Virus genome (UHGV): UHGV-0192012
DNA from: a virus
DNA length: 41,235 nucleotides
Strand: one strand, 5' to 3'
In this document: positions 14,694 to 24,724 of the stretch, piece after piece
Numbering within the stretch: the stretch's first letter is position 1
Layout: the number at the start of each line of letters is the position of its first letter
The notes under the pieces: generated by a model
The model's input: the letters and a program-made list of their open reading frames with translations, nothing else
What the model was told of the DNA's origin: nothing
The model's database searches: none
Translations under genes and position numbers: made by a program

Positions 14694-16639
14694 GGACACT
14701 GGGTATCGATATAGAAACCTACAGTTCTAACGATATCCGCTACGGGGTGTACAAGTACGTAGACGCGCCAGATTTTGAGATTCTGCTGTTCGGGTATGCG
14801 TTTGACGATGAACCGGTGGAGTGCATAGACCTCACTACACAGAAACTGCCGGATGAAATTGTTAAGGCGCTGTATGATCCGGAAGTTATCAAGACCGCGT
14901 TCAACGCGAATTTCGAAATAACGTGTCTGCGTAAGTTTTTCCCCGATTTACCCAGTGAGCAATGGGAATGCACGTCCGTACTGGCGTTATACAATTCCCT
15001 TCCCTGTTCGCTTTCCGGAGTGGCGAAGGCCTTAGGCCTTACGGAGCAGAAGGATACCCGGGGCAAGGCCCTTATCCGGTATTTCTCATCCCCCTGTAAG
15101 CCGACCAAGGCCAATGGCGGAAGGACGCGAAACCTTCCGGCAGACGCTCCCGAGAAGTGGGAAGAATACAAATCATATAACGTGCAGGACGTGGTGGTAG
15201 AAAGGGCAATCCGTAAAAGGCTATTGCCCTTTAAGCCTACCCCGCTGGAGCACACCTACTGGCTTGTGGATCAGCGGATTAACCGCAATGGGGCGGAAAT
15301 CGATAAGGAACTGGTGGAAAACGCCATAGCCATTGAAAGCGAGTACAAGGCGCATCTGATGGACCGCGCCAGAAAACTTACCCAGCTTCCTAACCCTAAT
15401 TCCGTGGCGCAGCTGAAAGGATGGCTGGAGGAAAAGACGGGAAAGGAATTGGAGAGCCTGGATAAGAAAACGGTAGCTTCGCTCTTAACTGAAAAACTGC
15501 CGGATGGCGTATCCGAAGTACTTAAGATCCGGCAGCGGCTGGGTAAGACGTCTGTGAAGAAGTTCAAGGCCATGCAGGAAGCCTGTACGGCGGAAGGGCG
15601 GATTCACGGCATGTTCCAGTTTTATGGGGCCATGAGGACGGGGCGATGGGCAGGGCGTATCGTACAGCTTCATAATCTGCCCAGAAACAGCATGCCAGAG
15701 CCCGATTTACTGCTTGCCCGTCAATTGGTCAAGGCCGGTGCTCTAGAAGCGTTAGAAATGATTTTCGACAACATTTCAGACACTTTGAGTCAGCTGATAA
15801 GGACGGCGCTCGTGGCCGGCAAGGGGAAGCGGTTCATCGTAGCCGATTACTCCGCTATAGAGGCCCGGGTGATTGCCTGGCTTGCCGGGGAGAAGTGGCG
15901 GCAGGAGGTATTTGCCCATAATGGCGATATCTACTGCGCGTCCGCTTCCCAGATGTTCGGCGTGCCGGTGGTTAAGCACGGTATCAACGGGCATTTACGA
16001 CAGAAGGGCAAGGTAGCCGAACTGGCGCTGGGCTATGGCGGGAGCGTGGGGGCTCTCAAGGCTATGGGGGCCGATAAGATGGGGCTCACAGAGGAAGAAA
16101 TGGCAGAGATTGTATCGAAGTGGCGGTTAAAGTCGCCTCATATCATCGATTTTTGGTATGCCGTCGATTGGGCAGCCAAAGAGACGATTAAGACCGGGAT
16201 CCCTAAACGGATACGGCAGGGGAACCTGGTATTCCACGCAGACCACGGGGCGCTGTTCATCGAGCTTCCTTCTGGGAGGCACCTTGTATACTGCAAGCCG
16301 GCCATAGGGATGAACCGCTTCGGTAGTGAGTCCATCACCTACATGGGCATGCAGCAGGTAAGCGGAGGCTGGGGCAGGCTTGAGACCTACGGCGGAAAGC
16401 TCGTGGAAAACATTGTGCAGGCCGTTGCCCGTGACTGCCTGGCCGACGCCATGCGCAGGCTGACGGAAGCGGGGTACAAGATCTGCCTCCACGTGCACGA
16501 TGAAGTGATTATTGAGGCGCCGGGGGGCTTCGGCTCCCTTGCTGACGTAGTACGTATTATGACACAGAACACGTCATGGAATAAGGGGCTTATTACCAAC
16601 GCGGACGGCTTTGAGTCGGCATTTTATAAGAAGGATTGA
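14690..16639 (+). CDS. Family A DNA polymerase with 3'-5' exonuclease
   Basis: DIETYS, AFNANFE (exonuclease); TGRWAG, ADYSAIEAR (motif A), RQKGKVAELALGYG (motif B), HVHDE (motif C). Confidence 0.95.
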   Translation: MRTLGIDIETYSSNDIRYGVYKYVDAPDFEILLFGYAFDDEPVECIDLTTQKLPDEIVKALYDPEVIKTAFNANFEITCLRKFFPDLPSEQWECTSVLALYNSLPCSLSGVAKALGLTEQKDTRGKALIRYFSSPCKPTKANGGRTRNLPADAPEKWEEYKSYNVQDVVVERAIRKRLLPFKPTPLEHTYWLVDQRINRNGAEIDKELVENAIAIESEYKAHLMDRARKLTQLPNPNSVAQLKGWLEEKTGKELESLDKKTVASLLTEKLPDGVSEVLKIRQRLGKTSVKKFKAMQEACTAEGRIHGMFQFYGAMRTGRWAGRIVQLHNLPRNSMPEPDLLLARQLVKAGALEALEMIFDNISDTLSQLIRTALVAGKGKRFIVADYSAIEARVIAWLAGEKWRQEVFAHNGDIYCASASQMFGVPVVKHGINGHLRQKGKVAELALGYGGSVGALKAMGADKMGLTEEEMAEIVSKWRLKSPHIIDFWYAVDWAAKETIKTGIPKRIRQGNLVFHADHGALFIELPSGRHLVYCKPAIGMNRFGSESITYMGMQQVSGGWGRLETYGGKLVENIVQAVARDCLADAMRRLTEAGYKICLHVHDEVIIEAPGGFGSLADVVRIMTQNTSWNKGLITNADGFESAFYKKD

Positions 16640-18993
16640 TTATGTTTACGATTGCGATAGCACAAAGCAAACTGGCTAAGACGTGGAAGAACACAGAGGC
16701 TACATGGGAAGACTTCTGCCAGCGGCTCAGGGAACCGATAAGGACTGCGGAGACGGTGGCCGAATATCGGAAGTTTTCAAAGGCCAGAAGGGACAGCGCA
16801 AAGGACGTTGGCGGCTATGTGTTCGGTTATTTGCGAGATGGACGGCGTAAGAAAGACTCTGTGGTATACCGGCAGGCCGTGACACTTGACGCTGACAGCC
16901 CTTCTGACACGTTCTTAGACGATGTAAAGAAGATATTGAGTTCATATGCTTACGCCTGGTATACGACGCATTCCAGCCGAAAAGAGGCCCCTAGGTACCG
17001 TCTGGTAGTTCCCCTATCCCAGAGGGTGGAACCTGAGGCTTATGAGGCGATGGCGCGTCGAATTGCCAAAGATATAGGCATGGACAGCTTCGACCCGACT
17101 ACCTTTGAGCCAAGCCGGCTGATGTACTGGCCGAGCTGTCCGAGGGACGGGGAGTACGCCATGGATGCAAGGCAGGGGGCGTTCCTTAACCCCGATGAGG
17201 TACTGGCGCGGTATGACAACTGGAAGGACGCCAGCGCATGGCCGATGGCCAGAAGTGAAATAGCCCTTATCCATGGAGGAAAGAAACAGCAGGACCCGAC
17301 GACCAAGAAGGGAGTTATCGGTGCCTTCTGCCGGGCGCACACCATAGAGGACGCCATAGAGACGTTTCTCTCTGATGTATATACGCCGGTAGACGGTATG
17401 GAGGGGCGGTATACCTACCGCAAAGGTTCCACATCCGGAGGACTTGTGACCTATGACGGGAAGTTCGCTTATTCACACCATGCGACAGATCCGGCCTCCG
17501 GCATGGACTGCAACGCCTTTGACCTGGTACGTGTACATAAGTTCGGCCCTCTGGATGATGACTGCGAGGATGATGTGCCTATAGGGAAGCGCCCTTCCTT
17601 TAAGGCCATGCAGGAATTTGCGGCGGAGGACAAGGCTACACGGATAGAACTGGGAAAATCAGCGATTGACTCCATGCAGGACAGCCTTATCTACGACCCT
17701 GAGGATTTCGATTGGATGGGGAGACTTCAGCGCGACCGGAACGGCAAGACTAAGCCGGTGGCGGAGAATGCAATCCTTATTCTGTCCTATGACCCGAGAC
17801 TTAAAAAGAAGTTCGGCATGAACCGCTTTTCCCATAGGCCTTCCGTATTGGCAGACCTTCCCTGGCGGAAACTGGAGGTAAGCAGCGTATGGACCGACAG
17901 TGATGACGCAGGATTAAGGAATTTCCTCTCCCTTAAGTTCCAGCTGCAGGGGCGACAGATTATCGATGACGCCCTTCTGCAGGTGATGGAGGATAATGCT
18001 TTCCATCCGGTAAGGGACTATCTTAAGGGGCTTACCTGGGACGGGGTAAAGCGGATGGATACGATTTTCAGTGACTATCTGGGGGCGGAGGACAGCCATT
18101 ATACTCGGGCGGTGGCCAGCAGCTTTCTCAAGGCCGCCGTGGCCCGTGTCATGCGCCCGGGGGTCAAGTATGACTACTGCCTTATCCTTTCCGGGCCGCA
18201 GGGGATAGGTAAATCCACACTGCTGGCAAAGCTTGGCGGGGAGTGGTTCAATGACTCCCTGGTATCCATCGGGACAAAGGATACACTGGAACAGCTGCAG
18301 GGAAGCTGGATTATAGAACTGGCCGAAATGCAGGCTACAAGCAAGGCGGAAAATGATGCGCTGAAGGCGTTCATTACTCGTCAGGTGGATAAGTTCCGTA
18401 AGGCCTATGGAAGGCGGACAGAGGCCTATCCCCGGCAGTGTGTCTTTGCCGCCACGACCAACGACAGCGAATTCTTGCGCGACCGCACAGGCGGGCGAAG
18501 GTTTCTTCCTGTACTGGTAAATGGGAACGGCAGGCTGAATGCGGCGGATATGGAGACCGACCAGATATGGGCGGAGGCCGTGGCCGCATATAAGAAGGAT
18601 AGTACTTTGCTTTTGGACGCGGAGGCCCGGAGTATGGCCGCAGAGATGCAGGACGCGGTGACCGAGGGCAGCGAAAAGAAAGGGCTTATCGAGGACTATC
18701 TGGAAAAGCGGTTTCCTGAATGCTGGCAGAAGCTGGACCTGTATGATAGGAAAGCTTATCTCGACAGCTATTCAGAGGAGACAGCGGAAGGCAGACCATT
18801 GGATAAGGTCTGTGTACTCCAGATCTGGGTGGAGGCCCTGGGAAACCGGAAGGACAAATTTACGTCAGCCAATTCCAGGGAGCTTAACGCCATTATGCAC
18901 CGGATTAAAGGATGGGAGCCTTACAAGAATGGTCGCGGGGCTCTCCGATTTGGGAATCTTTATGGGGTTCAAAAGGCCTATATCCGGGTGTAA
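16636..18993 (+). CDS. Primase-helicase (VirE/VapE family)
   Basis: N-terminal primpol-like (LDAD, YTTHS, PRYRLVVPL); C-terminal Walker A GPQGIGKS, IIELAE, FRKAYGR, ATTN, TGGRRF. Confidence 0.9.
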   Translation: MIMFTIAIAQSKLAKTWKNTEATWEDFCQRLREPIRTAETVAEYRKFSKARRDSAKDVGGYVFGYLRDGRRKKDSVVYRQAVTLDADSPSDTFLDDVKKILSSYAYAWYTTHSSRKEAPRYRLVVPLSQRVEPEAYEAMARRIAKDIGMDSFDPTTFEPSRLMYWPSCPRDGEYAMDARQGAFLNPDEVLARYDNWKDASAWPMARSEIALIHGGKKQQDPTTKKGVIGAFCRAHTIEDAIETFLSDVYTPVDGMEGRYTYRKGSTSGGLVTYDGKFAYSHHATDPASGMDCNAFDLVRVHKFGPLDDDCEDDVPIGKRPSFKAMQEFAAEDKATRIELGKSAIDSMQDSLIYDPEDFDWMGRLQRDRNGKTKPVAENAILILSYDPRLKKKFGMNRFSHRPSVLADLPWRKLEVSSVWTDSDDAGLRNFLSLKFQLQGRQIIDDALLQVMEDNAFHPVRDYLKGLTWDGVKRMDTIFSDYLGAEDSHYTRAVASSFLKAAVARVMRPGVKYDYCLILSGPQGIGKSTLLAKLGGEWFNDSLVSIGTKDTLEQLQGSWIIELAEMQATSKAENDALKAFITRQVDKFRKAYGRRTEAYPRQCVFAATTNDSEFLRDRTGGRRFLPVLVNGNGRLNAADMETDQIWAEAVAAYKKDSTLLLDAEARSMAAEMQDAVTEGSEKKGLIEDYLEKRFPECWQKLDLYDRKAYLDSYSEETAEGRPLDKVCVLQIWVEALGNRKDKFTSANSRELNAIMHRIKGWEPYKNGRGALRFGNLYGVQKAYIRV

Positions 18994-19319
18994 CCAAAAT
19001 TTTTTGGCCGGCCAATTTGGTTACATTGATTTTTCAGGAAAAATGTAACCAAAAATGGTTTGGTCACACTTTGGTCACATTTTGGTTACACCAGTTTAGC
19101 CAGTGTTTGTCGGGGTTTATTGGACTAGTGTAACCAAGTAACCAAAATATCCTTAAAATTTATATTTTAGAGATATAGATGGTATATAGGGCTAGATATG
19201 GATATAAAATGCCATATATAAATGTTGGCCGATTTTTGGTTACTTGGTTACATTTAATATTAAGTATCAGTATTTGTCGAATGAAATTGGGGGTCAGAGA
19301 TGTAACCAAGGGGTTACAT
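18989..19319. repeat. Putative replication origin with TGTAACCAA/TTGGT(T/C)ACA iterons and AT-rich core
   Basis: At least ten copies in both orientations (e.g. near 18989, 19017, 19044, 19060, 19071, 19081, 19129, 19236, 19301) in a non-coding gap after the primase-helicase. Confidence 0.75.
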
Positions 19320-19323
19320 AGAA

Positions 19324-19617
19324 ATGTTTGAAAAAGACATAGAAAAGTATTTACGAAAATCAATAAACCGGGCAGGCGGAGAATGCCTGAAATGGGTAAG
19401 CCCGGGGACGGCAGGAGTGCCAGACAGGATAGTGATATGCCCTGATGGCAGGATAGTCTTTGTGGAACTGAAGCGCCATTTTGAAAAGCCAAGACCGGTG
19501 CAGAGGGCAGTGCTTCGGAGGCTTTACCGCCTGCGGTGCCGGGTGGTTGTGATTGATAACCGAAAAAGTGTGGAGGGATTTATACGATGGATAGTAAAAA
19601 ATGGCTTGAGCGGTTAG
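19324..19617 (+). CDS. VRR-NUC domain nuclease
   Basis: EKDIEKYL, KWVSPGTAGVPDRIV, FVELK, PRPVQ. Confidence 0.9.
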   Translation: MFEKDIEKYLRKSINRAGGECLKWVSPGTAGVPDRIVICPDGRIVFVELKRHFEKPRPVQRAVLRRLYRLRCRVVVIDNRKSVEGFIRWIVKNGLSG

Positions 19618-19829
19618 ATGAAGCAGGTTCGAGGCTTTCACAGGCGGCGTGGGAGCTTAACCATATAGACGAACTGTGTACATATCCAGAAAGCTGTGAA
19701 GCGGTGAATTTGCGATTTTACGACGCCATTACGGATGTCTTTCTGTGTTGTTTTGAACTGCAGCTTCCGATTACAAGCAAGAGGTTTATTAACCTTATGG
19801 AAGCAAAATGGAGGGTGAACCATGAATAG
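19587..19829 (+). CDS. Hypothetical phage protein
   Basis: GGAGG RBS; overlaps both neighbours. Confidence 0.55.
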   Translation: MDSKKWLERLDEAGSRLSQAAWELNHIDELCTYPESCEAVNLRFYDAITDVFLCCFELQLPITSKRFINLMEAKWRVNHE

Positions 19830-20169
19830 CATTAATCATCCAGCGCACTACTGCCAGGGCGGCATTGAATGTATCGAGGCCATTAAGGCCGCCACCACAG
19901 GGCTTGTGGGGATGGAGGCTGTATGTACGGCCAACGCCATTAAGTACCTTTGGCGGTGGAAGCGAAAGAATGGGACGGAGGACCTGAGGAAGGCCAGATG
20001 GTATTTGGATCGGCTGATTAAGGAGGTAGAAGATGGAGTTCGTACCGCACGCATACCAGAAGGAAATAGCAAGGAAGATGATAGAGCTTCCGGCGGTGGG
20101 GGCCTTTCTGCAGATGGGTCAGGGGAAGACGGCCACCACACTGATGGCACTGAAAGACCTTCTGTATGA
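19822..20169 (+). CDS. DUF3310 protein (T7 gp1.7-like nucleotide kinase family)
   Basis: INHPAHY..GGIECIEAI, NAIKYLWRWKRKNGTEDLRKARWYL; C-terminal tail overlaps the helicase gene. Confidence 0.82.
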   Translation: MNSINHPAHYCQGGIECIEAIKAATTGLVGMEAVCTANAIKYLWRWKRKNGTEDLRKARWYLDRLIKEVEDGVRTARIPEGNSKEDDRASGGGGLSADGSGEDGHHTDGTERPSV

Positions 20170-21382
20170 CTATGTTTCCATTTCCAAGGTTCTGGTTATC
20201 GCTCCTAAGAAGGTGGCGGAAGATACCTGGCAGGCGGAAGGCCGTAAATGGGATGACTTCAGAGACCTGAGGTTCTCGACCGTCATGGGCACACCGAAGG
20301 AAAGACGGATGGCACTGGAATCCGATGCTGACATCTATGTGATCAACCGGGAGAATGTGAAATGGCTCTGCGAGCTGTATAAGTACCGACTTCCCTTTGA
20401 TGCCCTGGTGGTGGATGAAAGCACATCCTTTAAGAATCATCAGGCGGTACGATTTAAGGCGCTGAAGAAGTGTCTGGGGCGCTTTAAGAAGCGTATCATC
20501 CTTACCGGAACACCGAGGCCTAACACGTTGATGGACCTCTGGGCGCAGGTCTACCTTCTGGACGGTGGGAAGCGACTCGGAAAGACCATAACGGCATACC
20601 GGCGCACCTATTTTGTGCCAGAGAAGCAGTACCAGGGCGTTGTGTACTCGTATAAGTGCCGGAATAAGGAATGCGAGAAGGCCATATACGATAAGATCCG
20701 GGATATCTGCTTTACCCTTAAGGATGGATACAAGGAAATACCGGCAGAAGATAACTTCATCTATGTACAGCTTCCGGATAAGGCGAAAAGGAACTACATG
20801 CAGATGCTGAAGGAGCAGGTGCTTAGTCTGGGCGATGAGGAGATCACCGCCCTATCCGCTGCCGCTGTGTCCAATAAGCTTCTGCAGATGGCCAACGGGG
20901 CTATCTACGATAAGGACGGCCGGTATATGGAGATTCATGATGCTAAGCTGGAGGCATTGGGAGAAATCTATGAGGCCAATAAGCCCCTTCTGGTGTTCTA
21001 TAGCTATAAGTCCGATTTGGAAAGAATCCGGAAGAAGTTTCCAGAAGCCCGCACGCTGGACAGCGCAGAGGATGTGGACGCGTGGAATAGGGGAGAAATC
21101 CCTTTACTTCTGGCTCATCCGGCAAGCGCAGGCTACGGGCTCAATCTTCAGGACGGAGGGAGCACGATAGTATGGTTTGGGCTGACATGGAGCCTTGAGC
21201 AGTACCAGCAGGCAAATGCCCGGCTTAAGAGACAGGGGCAGAAACACCAGGTAATCATTCATCATTTGATCGCCAGAGGGACCATAGATGAGCAGGTCAT
21301 GAAGGCCATCAGGAGTAAGGCAGAAGGGCAGGCTGCGATGATGGAAGCCGTCCGGATGCTGAAGGAGACTATGCATGGCTAA
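20033..21382 (+). CDS. SNF2-family helicase
   Basis: PHAYQ, MGQGKT, VVDES, LTGTP, GYGLNLQ, QANARLKRQGQ. Confidence 0.92.
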   Translation: MEFVPHAYQKEIARKMIELPAVGAFLQMGQGKTATTLMALKDLLYDYVSISKVLVIAPKKVAEDTWQAEGRKWDDFRDLRFSTVMGTPKERRMALESDADIYVINRENVKWLCELYKYRLPFDALVVDESTSFKNHQAVRFKALKKCLGRFKKRIILTGTPRPNTLMDLWAQVYLLDGGKRLGKTITAYRRTYFVPEKQYQGVVYSYKCRNKECEKAIYDKIRDICFTLKDGYKEIPAEDNFIYVQLPDKAKRNYMQMLKEQVLSLGDEEITALSAAAVSNKLLQMANGAIYDKDGRYMEIHDAKLEALGEIYEANKPLLVFYSYKSDLERIRKKFPEARTLDSAEDVDAWNRGEIPLLLAHPASAGYGLNLQDGGSTIVWFGLTWSLEQYQQANARLKRQGQKHQVIIHHLIARGTIDEQVMKAIRSKAEGQAAMMEAVRMLKETMHG

Positions 21383-21626
21383 AGGGATGCTGAGGACGGT
21401 CTATTATCATCAGGACCCTACATTTGAAAGGGCGTGGGGTAAATTCAGGAAAGAGGCGAAAGAAGTCGCAGAAAAGAAAAGGGCGGTGGCGGCCTTCAGG
21501 GTCATAGCCACCATTCGAAAGATTATCCGCATAGCCGGGTATCGGTTGCGGTCGGATATTGTCATTCAGAATGTCAGAACAGGCGAAGTGTACAGAAGTC
21601 AGACGGAGGATAAGCGATGCAGATAA
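21375..21626 (+). CDS. Hypothetical phage protein
   Basis: AAGGAG RBS; operonic overlap. Confidence 0.7.
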   Translation: MAKGMLRTVYYHQDPTFERAWGKFRKEAKEVAEKKRAVAAFRVIATIRKIIRIAGYRLRSDIVIQNVRTGEVYRSQTEDKRCR

Positions 21627-21940
21627 AGGTAAAGGCGGAAGAACTGGAAATGAAGATTGAGGACGAAACCTATATTGTGACCGTACGGGACTGGGGCGAC
21701 ACTATCCGGGGTTACTTCACTATTGGCAAGACCTTTTACATGGCGGATTTGTGCTTTGTGCTTGACCGGATGATGCCGGAGGTTATGATCTTTGAGGCGG
21801 ATGATGACGGCAACGCATTGACCGGGGAAGAACTGTATTCCGCGTGGCCTAAGGTCATTAATTTCCGCAGCCTTCTGGAGTGTATCGAAGAATTTATATA
21901 TAGCGTGAAAGAAGCGTGGGGTACAGGAAATGAAGGTTAA
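21617..21940 (+). CDS. Hypothetical phage protein
   Basis: GGAGG RBS; operonic overlap. Confidence 0.7.
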   Translation: MQIKVKAEELEMKIEDETYIVTVRDWGDTIRGYFTIGKTFYMADLCFVLDRMMPEVMIFEADDDGNALTGEELYSAWPKVINFRSLLECIEEFIYSVKEAWGTGNEG

Positions 21941-22370
21941 GGACTTTTTCAGACGAGTACGGGGGCAGGCGCTGTACCTGGCGGCGCTTCATCAGGCGCA
22001 GAAATGCCTTATTACGGAAGTGGCAGGGCCTAAAGGTACGGCCTATGACAGCCCCCGGGTTTCAGGCGGAGAGATGGGGGATTTATCAAATAAGATTCTC
22101 CAGATGTATGCGGAGAGCTCTCAACTTGCTTCCTGTATTCTGACCGTATCCATACGGCTGATGCATGACCGGTGCGAGGCCCTCCGGCAGATTGATAAGC
22201 TGGAGGATGCTAAGATGTGCGCCGTACTGATTGAGTACTATATAAATGCGCATACCTGGCTGGAGGTGGCTAGCATTATCGGCTATTCCCTTCCACACGT
22301 CTACCGGCTTCACGGCGAGGCTATGAACGCATTGCGGGAAAGGACGGGGGACTATATTGCAGAAGCTTAA
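21930..22370 (+). CDS. Late transcriptional activator (ArpU/RinA/DUF1492-like)
   Basis: C-terminal sigma-region-4-like HTH (VLIEYYINAHTWLEVASIIGYSLPHVYRLHGEA); position before terminase. Confidence 0.78.
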   Translation: MKVKDFFRRVRGQALYLAALHQAQKCLITEVAGPKGTAYDSPRVSGGEMGDLSNKILQMYAESSQLASCILTVSIRLMHDRCEALRQIDKLEDAKMCAVLIEYYINAHTWLEVASIIGYSLPHVYRLHGEAMNALRERTGDYIAEA

Positions 22371-22812
22371 CGATGTCACGGATGAGGAACGGCGGGTTAT
22401 AGAGGAGCTGTATAGCGTCCGCGCGGTGCCAGAGCATAAAATATCCAGAGTATTAAAAAATGAATTCGGGATAAGCTTATCGACGGCGAAGGTACAGCGG
22501 GTTATTTTCCGATTTTCGGCGGAAGTCAGGCGAAAACGAAAGGCTGTGCAGAAGGAAAGATTATCTAAAGCGAGACGCAGGGCCCTGGAAAAATACGGAA
22601 AAGAGAATAAGGCATGGGCCAAAAAGCTGAAGAATCCGGTAGTAGTGGATTATAATCCGGAAGTGCACGGAATCCCTTTATGGCACGGAGAACCGGGGCA
22701 TAATCAGAATGTGGTAAAGAAGTGCATTGTGTGCGGGAGTTTATTTCATCCGTACACCGGATGGGAGAAAGATGAGGTGTATTGTTCATTCTCATGCCAG
22801 GCGAAGGATTGA
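22357..22812 (+). CDS. Hypothetical protein with C-terminal CxxC...CxxxC zinc-finger
   Basis: KKCIVCGSLF...VYCSFSC. Confidence 0.65.
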   Translation: MQKLNDVTDEERRVIEELYSVRAVPEHKISRVLKNEFGISLSTAKVQRVIFRFSAEVRRKRKAVQKERLSKARRRALEKYGKENKAWAKKLKNPVVVDYNPEVHGIPLWHGEPGHNQNVVKKCIVCGSLFHPYTGWEKDEVYCSFSCQAKD

Positions 22813-22875
22813 TTATTTATGTGACCGCGTTCCTATCAGGTGCGGCGCTGGGGATATTTTTGCAAAATCTGAAAG

Positions 22876-22910
22876 ATGATAGTAAATGATAGTTTTAAAT
22901 GTGCTAAAAT
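22876..22910 (+). promoter_or_regulatory. Putative late promoter with tandem activator-binding repeats
   Basis: ATGATAGT x2 (22876-22883, 22886-22893) upstream of extended -10 TGCTAAAAT (22902-22910), ahead of terS. Confidence 0.55.
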
Positions 22911-22950
22911 GGTAGTGTGGAAATGCGGGAATGAATGAAGACCCCTCTAC

Positions 22951-22980
22951 AAAAAAGGACCTTGATAGGGGTCCTTTTTT
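22951..22980 (+). terminator. Terminator-like hairpin upstream of terS
   Basis: AAAAAAGGACCTT GATA GGGGTCCTTTTTT. Confidence 0.6.
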
Positions 22981-23020
22981 GTTGCCTGAAAGGAGGGATT
23001 CCAGTAGAAAGGGGGCGGGC

Positions 23021-23476
23021 ATGGCAGAAAAGAAGCTAACGGTAAAGCAGAAGAAATTCATAGATTTCTACGTAGAAACTGGCAATGCCACGGAAGCGGC
23101 GAAAAAGGCAGGATATAGCAAAAGAACGGCAGAAGCCATAGGGCTCGAGAACCTAGGAAAACCTAGGATAAAAAAAGCCATTGCCGCCCGCCTGAAGGAA
23201 CTGGAGTCGAAACGCGTGGCAACAGCGAAAGAAGTGATGGAGTTTCTTACGTCTACCATGCGTGGAGAGGTAAAGGAAGAAGTTGTCGTATCTGATTTTC
23301 TGGGAGACGGCGTAAGTCAGACAAAGATAGTAGAAAAGCATGTTGGTGTAAGAGACCGGCTGAAGGCTGCGGAAGGGCTCGCCAAGAGACTGGGACTGAC
23401 GGAGCCGGAAGATACGGCAGAAGAGACTGGAGGTGTGCAGATTGTCGACGACACGGACACGGATACGACTGAGTAA
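23021..23476 (+). CDS. terS: Terminase small subunit
   Basis: LTVKQKKFIDFYVETGNATEAAKKAGYS...ENL.KP.I (Terminase_2 pattern); start moved to ATG 23021. Confidence 0.92.
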   Translation: MAEKKLTVKQKKFIDFYVETGNATEAAKKAGYSKRTAEAIGLENLGKPRIKKAIAARLKELESKRVATAKEVMEFLTSTMRGEVKEEVVVSDFLGDGVSQTKIVEKHVGVRDRLKAAEGLAKRLGLTEPEDTAEETGGVQIVDDTDTDTTE

Positions 23477-24710
23477 TATCATAGCTAAGCCTTTTTGGCG
23501 GGTGCATCAGGATGTCAAGAAACACGGGCATACTTACTATGTGTTAGGCGGTGGCCGTGGATCTACGAAATCTTCTTACATATCCATTGAAATCTGCATG
23601 CTTCTGATTCAGCACCCGGAATGCAACGCCGTGATACTGCGAAAAGTCGGGAATACCCTTAGAAACTCGGTTTATCAGCAGATGGAATGGGCTATGGATG
23701 TACTGCATATCTCTCATCTCTGGAAGAAAAAAGTAAATCCGCTGGAGATGGTCCATAAACAGACCGGGCAAAAGATTATTTTTCTAGGCGTGGATGATAA
23801 GAGCAAGCTGAAGTCACTGAAAATGCCTCATGGCTATGTAGGGATTGTGTGGTACGAAGAACTGGACCAGTTTTCCGGTATGGAAGAAATACGAAACGTC
23901 AATCAGTCACTGCTTCGAGGTGGTCCGCGTTTCTGGTGCTTTGCTTCCTACAACCCGCCAAAGAGCCGAGATAACTGGGTAAACGCCGAGATGCTGAACG
24001 ATGAAAAAGACAGGCTGTTCCATCATTCTGATTACCGGGCTGTTCCTTATGACTGGTTAGGCCCGCAGTTCTTTGAAGATGCAGAAAAGCTGAAAGCCAG
24101 AAATGAGGTGGCGTACCGTCATGAATATCTGGGAGAGATTACCGGAACAGGCGGAGGTGTGTTTGAAAATGTGGAAGATAAGGATATGACGGAGTTAATC
24201 CCGCTATTTGATAAGCTCCATTACGGCCTTGATTTCGGTTTTGCCGTGGACCCGCTGGCTTTTGTGGCAATGCATTATGACGCTAAACGCGAGGAACTGT
24301 ATATTTTTGATGAGATATACCAGCCGAAGCTTACCAACCGGCAGGCATTTGACATGCTTATCAAACGGACGGAAAGGCGCCCGGTAATCGCTGATTCTGC
24401 GGAACCTAAGAGTATAGCTGAACTCAGGGGCTATGGGCTGAACGTCATAGGGGCTAGAAAAGGCCCGGACAGTGTTGATTATGGCATTAAGTGGCTTCAA
24501 TCGCTGAATAAGATTTACATTGACAAAAGACGATGCCCGAACACCTATCGGGAATTCGTCTGTTACGAATATGAACAGACCCGGGGCGGGCAGTATATAT
24601 CGGCATATCCGGATAAGAACAACCATGCCATAGACGCCACGCGGTATGCGTGCATGAACCTGATGCCGGCGCATGGCCAGATTAAGTCCGCGCGGTCTAA
24701 TTTGTATTGA
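23433..24710 (+). CDS. terL: Terminase large subunit, PBSX family
   Basis: GGRGSTKS, WYEE, SYNPP, GLDFGFAVDP, ADSAEPKSI, NHAIDATRY. Confidence 0.95.
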   Translation: MCRLSTTRTRIRLSNIIAKPFWRVHQDVKKHGHTYYVLGGGRGSTKSSYISIEICMLLIQHPECNAVILRKVGNTLRNSVYQQMEWAMDVLHISHLWKKKVNPLEMVHKQTGQKIIFLGVDDKSKLKSLKMPHGYVGIVWYEELDQFSGMEEIRNVNQSLLRGGPRFWCFASYNPPKSRDNWVNAEMLNDEKDRLFHHSDYRAVPYDWLGPQFFEDAEKLKARNEVAYRHEYLGEITGTGGGVFENVEDKDMTELIPLFDKLHYGLDFGFAVDPLAFVAMHYDAKREELYIFDEIYQPKLTNRQAFDMLIKRTERRPVIADSAEPKSIAELRGYGLNVIGARKGPDSVDYGIKWLQSLNKIYIDKRRCPNTYREFVCYEYEQTRGGQYISAYPDKNNHAIDATRYACMNLMPAHGQIKSARSNLY

Positions 24711-24724
24711 TTTGAGGTGAAAGA

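Noticed and set aside
18989..19319. CRISPR array
   Set aside because: Repeats are only 8-11 bp, in mixed orientation and irregularly spaced; this fits origin iterons.
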